From positions 1 through 54,302 of the forward strand of contig JAIRSU010000089.1 of assembly GCA_031255285.1 (NCBI GenBank): DNA of 54,302 bases, given 5' to 3'. Below the pieces are notes generated by a model that had not been told where the DNA came from, ran no database searches, and saw nothing but the letters and a program-made list of their open reading frames with translations. Made by a program: the position numbers and the translations under genes. Positions 53,355 through 54,302 of this stretch are shown here, piece after piece. Within the stretch, counting starts at the first letter, position 1. Each line of letters begins with the position of its first letter. Source of the DNA: Treponema sp. (GTDB taxonomy: Bacteria > Spirochaetota > Spirochaetia > Treponematales > Breznakiellaceae).

Positions 53355-53669
53355 ATTCTATTCAGAGTAGGGTTAGTTCTATTTAAAGATGAACGAGTTC
53401 TGTTCAGAGATGAATTAGTTCTATTTAAAGACGAACGAGTTCTATTCAGAGACGAACGAGTTCTATTCAGAGACGAACGAGTTCTGTTCAGAGATGAACT
53501 CGTTCTGTTCAGAGATGAACTGGTTCTACTCAAAGACGAATTAGTTCTGTTCAGAGTAGAACGAGTTCTACTTAAAGTAGAATTAGTTCTGTTCAGAGAT
53601 GAACGGGTTCTGTTCAAAGACGAACTAGTTCTACTCCGAGTAGGGTTAATTCGGAACAGAAACGAATTA
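53355..53669. repeat. Tandem array of 15 x 21-bp units, consensus GTTCTGTTCAGAGAYGAACGA
   Basis: Exact 21-nt register from 53355 to 53669, and units at 53439 and 53460 are identical. Each unit carries GTTC-N-GTTC...GAAC, giving alternating inverted pairs GTTCA-GAGA-TGAAC and GAAC-GA-GTTC. Confidence 0.95.
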
Positions 53670-53739
53670 TCGTATTCTAGGCAGGGGCAGCCGGCATTTT
53701 CTCTGGGAGACGCCCGGATGCTCCAAGAACGCCGTCAGC

Positions 53740-53769
53740 TTGACACAACGCGGAGGTTTCACCTATACT
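53740..53769 (+). promoter_or_regulatory. Putative promoter facing the AT-rich right end
   Basis: TTGACA-18 nt-TATACT. The downstream sequence contains repeated GGCGGTATAGG-like motifs. Confidence 0.35.
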
Positions 53770-53935
53770 GGAATAGGCGGTATAGGCGAAGAAAAGGCGG
53801 GTATAGGGTGCTCTATGCGAAAGTGCATTTGAATTTTTTGAAATGCTATAAAAACATTACAAAGATGGAGAATATCGACAAAAACACATGGCTTTTTTGC
53901 GAAATGAATGCAATATAATTCTATGGAGATCAAAT

Positions 53936-54302
53936 ATGGAAATAAAACAAATGAGAAGGAAGGATAAAGAGGTTACAAATATCAATGAGAAAATTAATAT
54001 AATTGATAAATGTAAAGTATGCAGACTTGCAATGGCTGATGATAATCAACCATATGTTATTCCAATAAATTTTGGCTATGTTTATCAAGATGGCATTTTG
54101 ACTTTATACTTTCATGGCGCCCATAATGGAATGAAAATTGATATACTGAAAAAGAATAATAAAGTTTGTTTTGAAATTGATTGTAATCACGCCTTGATTG
54201 AGGCAGACGAACCGTCGAAATATAGTTTTGCATTTGAGAGTATTATAGGTTTCGGAAAAATAACATTTCTTGAAACAGATGAAGAAAAAAGTTTTGGGCT
54301 GG
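53936..54302 (+). CDS. Pyridoxamine 5'-phosphate oxidase-family (Nim-like flavin reductase) protein, 3' end outside the window
   Basis: My own translation, since it is absent from the ORF track for lack of a stop: MEIKQMRRKDKEVTNINEKINIIDKCKVCRLAMADDNQPYVIPINFGYVYQDGILTLYFHGAHNGMKIDILKKNNKVCFEID... SD is GGAG. The gene is markedly AT-rich. Confidence 0.7.
   Translation, partial: MEIKQMRRKDKEVTNINEKINIIDKCKVCRLAMADDNQPYVIPINFGYVYQDGILTLYFHGAHNGMKIDILKKNNKVCFEIDCNHALIEADEPSKYSFAFESIIGFGKITFLETDEEKSFGL

Noticed and set aside
53300-53617. 105-aa minus-strand ORF (MNRTRSSLNRT... repeats)
   Set aside because: It is purely the translation of the 21-bp tandem array. Its 'start' is a TTG inside a repeat unit, it has no SD or promoter, and the opposite strand is equally open. 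I treat it as non-coding repeat DNA.
53718-53918. 66-aa plus ORF right of the tandem array, and the idea that the VLFRDER-heptad frame (open from 53304) is a repeat protein
   Set aside because: There is no ATG/GTG/TTG in that frame before 53718 and no SD. The 66-aa product is Arg/Tyr-rich with no features, so the open frame is a by-product of the repeat.

Overview
This is 54.3 kb of bacterial chromosome at about 50% GC, becoming clearly AT-rich over the last ~1.8 kb. A long archaeal/eukaryote-type PheS alpha subunit, a decayed BspA-type LRR surface-protein gene, HDOD/TPR signalling genes and many lipoproteins suggest a Treponema-like spirochaete; that taxonomic call is inference only.

I call 45 CDS, one of them truncated by the window end, plus 4 pseudogenes or gene remnants. 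I found no rRNA, tRNA, CRISPR or prophage.

**Backbone.** Mostly housekeeping: proA, pyk, ftsY, pheS, metG, mltG, rplM-rpsI, recX, coaE, alaA, murJ and ddl. Also present are a lipid kinase/acyltransferase/HAD trio, an ECF sigma/anti-sigma cluster with a TIG-transglutaminase lipoprotein, three AraC-type regulators, an orphan GH67 alpha-glucuronidase and an orphan ABC permease.

**Accessory or decayed patches.**
- 5.7-9.0 kb: LRR pseudogene, receiver-domain remnant, two tandem TerD genes and 0.5 kb of non-coding DNA.
- 43.8-44.6 kb: frameshifted HUH/Y1 transposase flanked by palindromes.
- 52.5-54.3 kb: multiply frameshifted vWA pseudogene, a 15 x 21 bp tandem array and an AT-rich Nim/PNPOx-like gene.

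I could not recognise any complete named defence or mobile system.

**Most unusual signals, none verifiable as novel without database searches.**
1. The 21-bp tandem array of nested GTTC/GAAC inverted half-sites at 53355-53669.
2. A 1051-aa cytoplasmic sugar-binding / dead-phosphorelay / AraC fusion regulator, followed by a 3 x 21 bp direct-repeat block and an unknown 226-aa protein.
3. A dispersed intergenic repeat family with a covarying hairpin (ACAGR-CRAAG-YCTGT). Two copies are fused to the -35 box of a promoter.
4. Near-consensus promoters placed 5-10 nt before the ATG of at least 11 genes, implying leaderless mRNAs.
5. A terminator-bounded small transcription unit at 36.8-37.0 kb.
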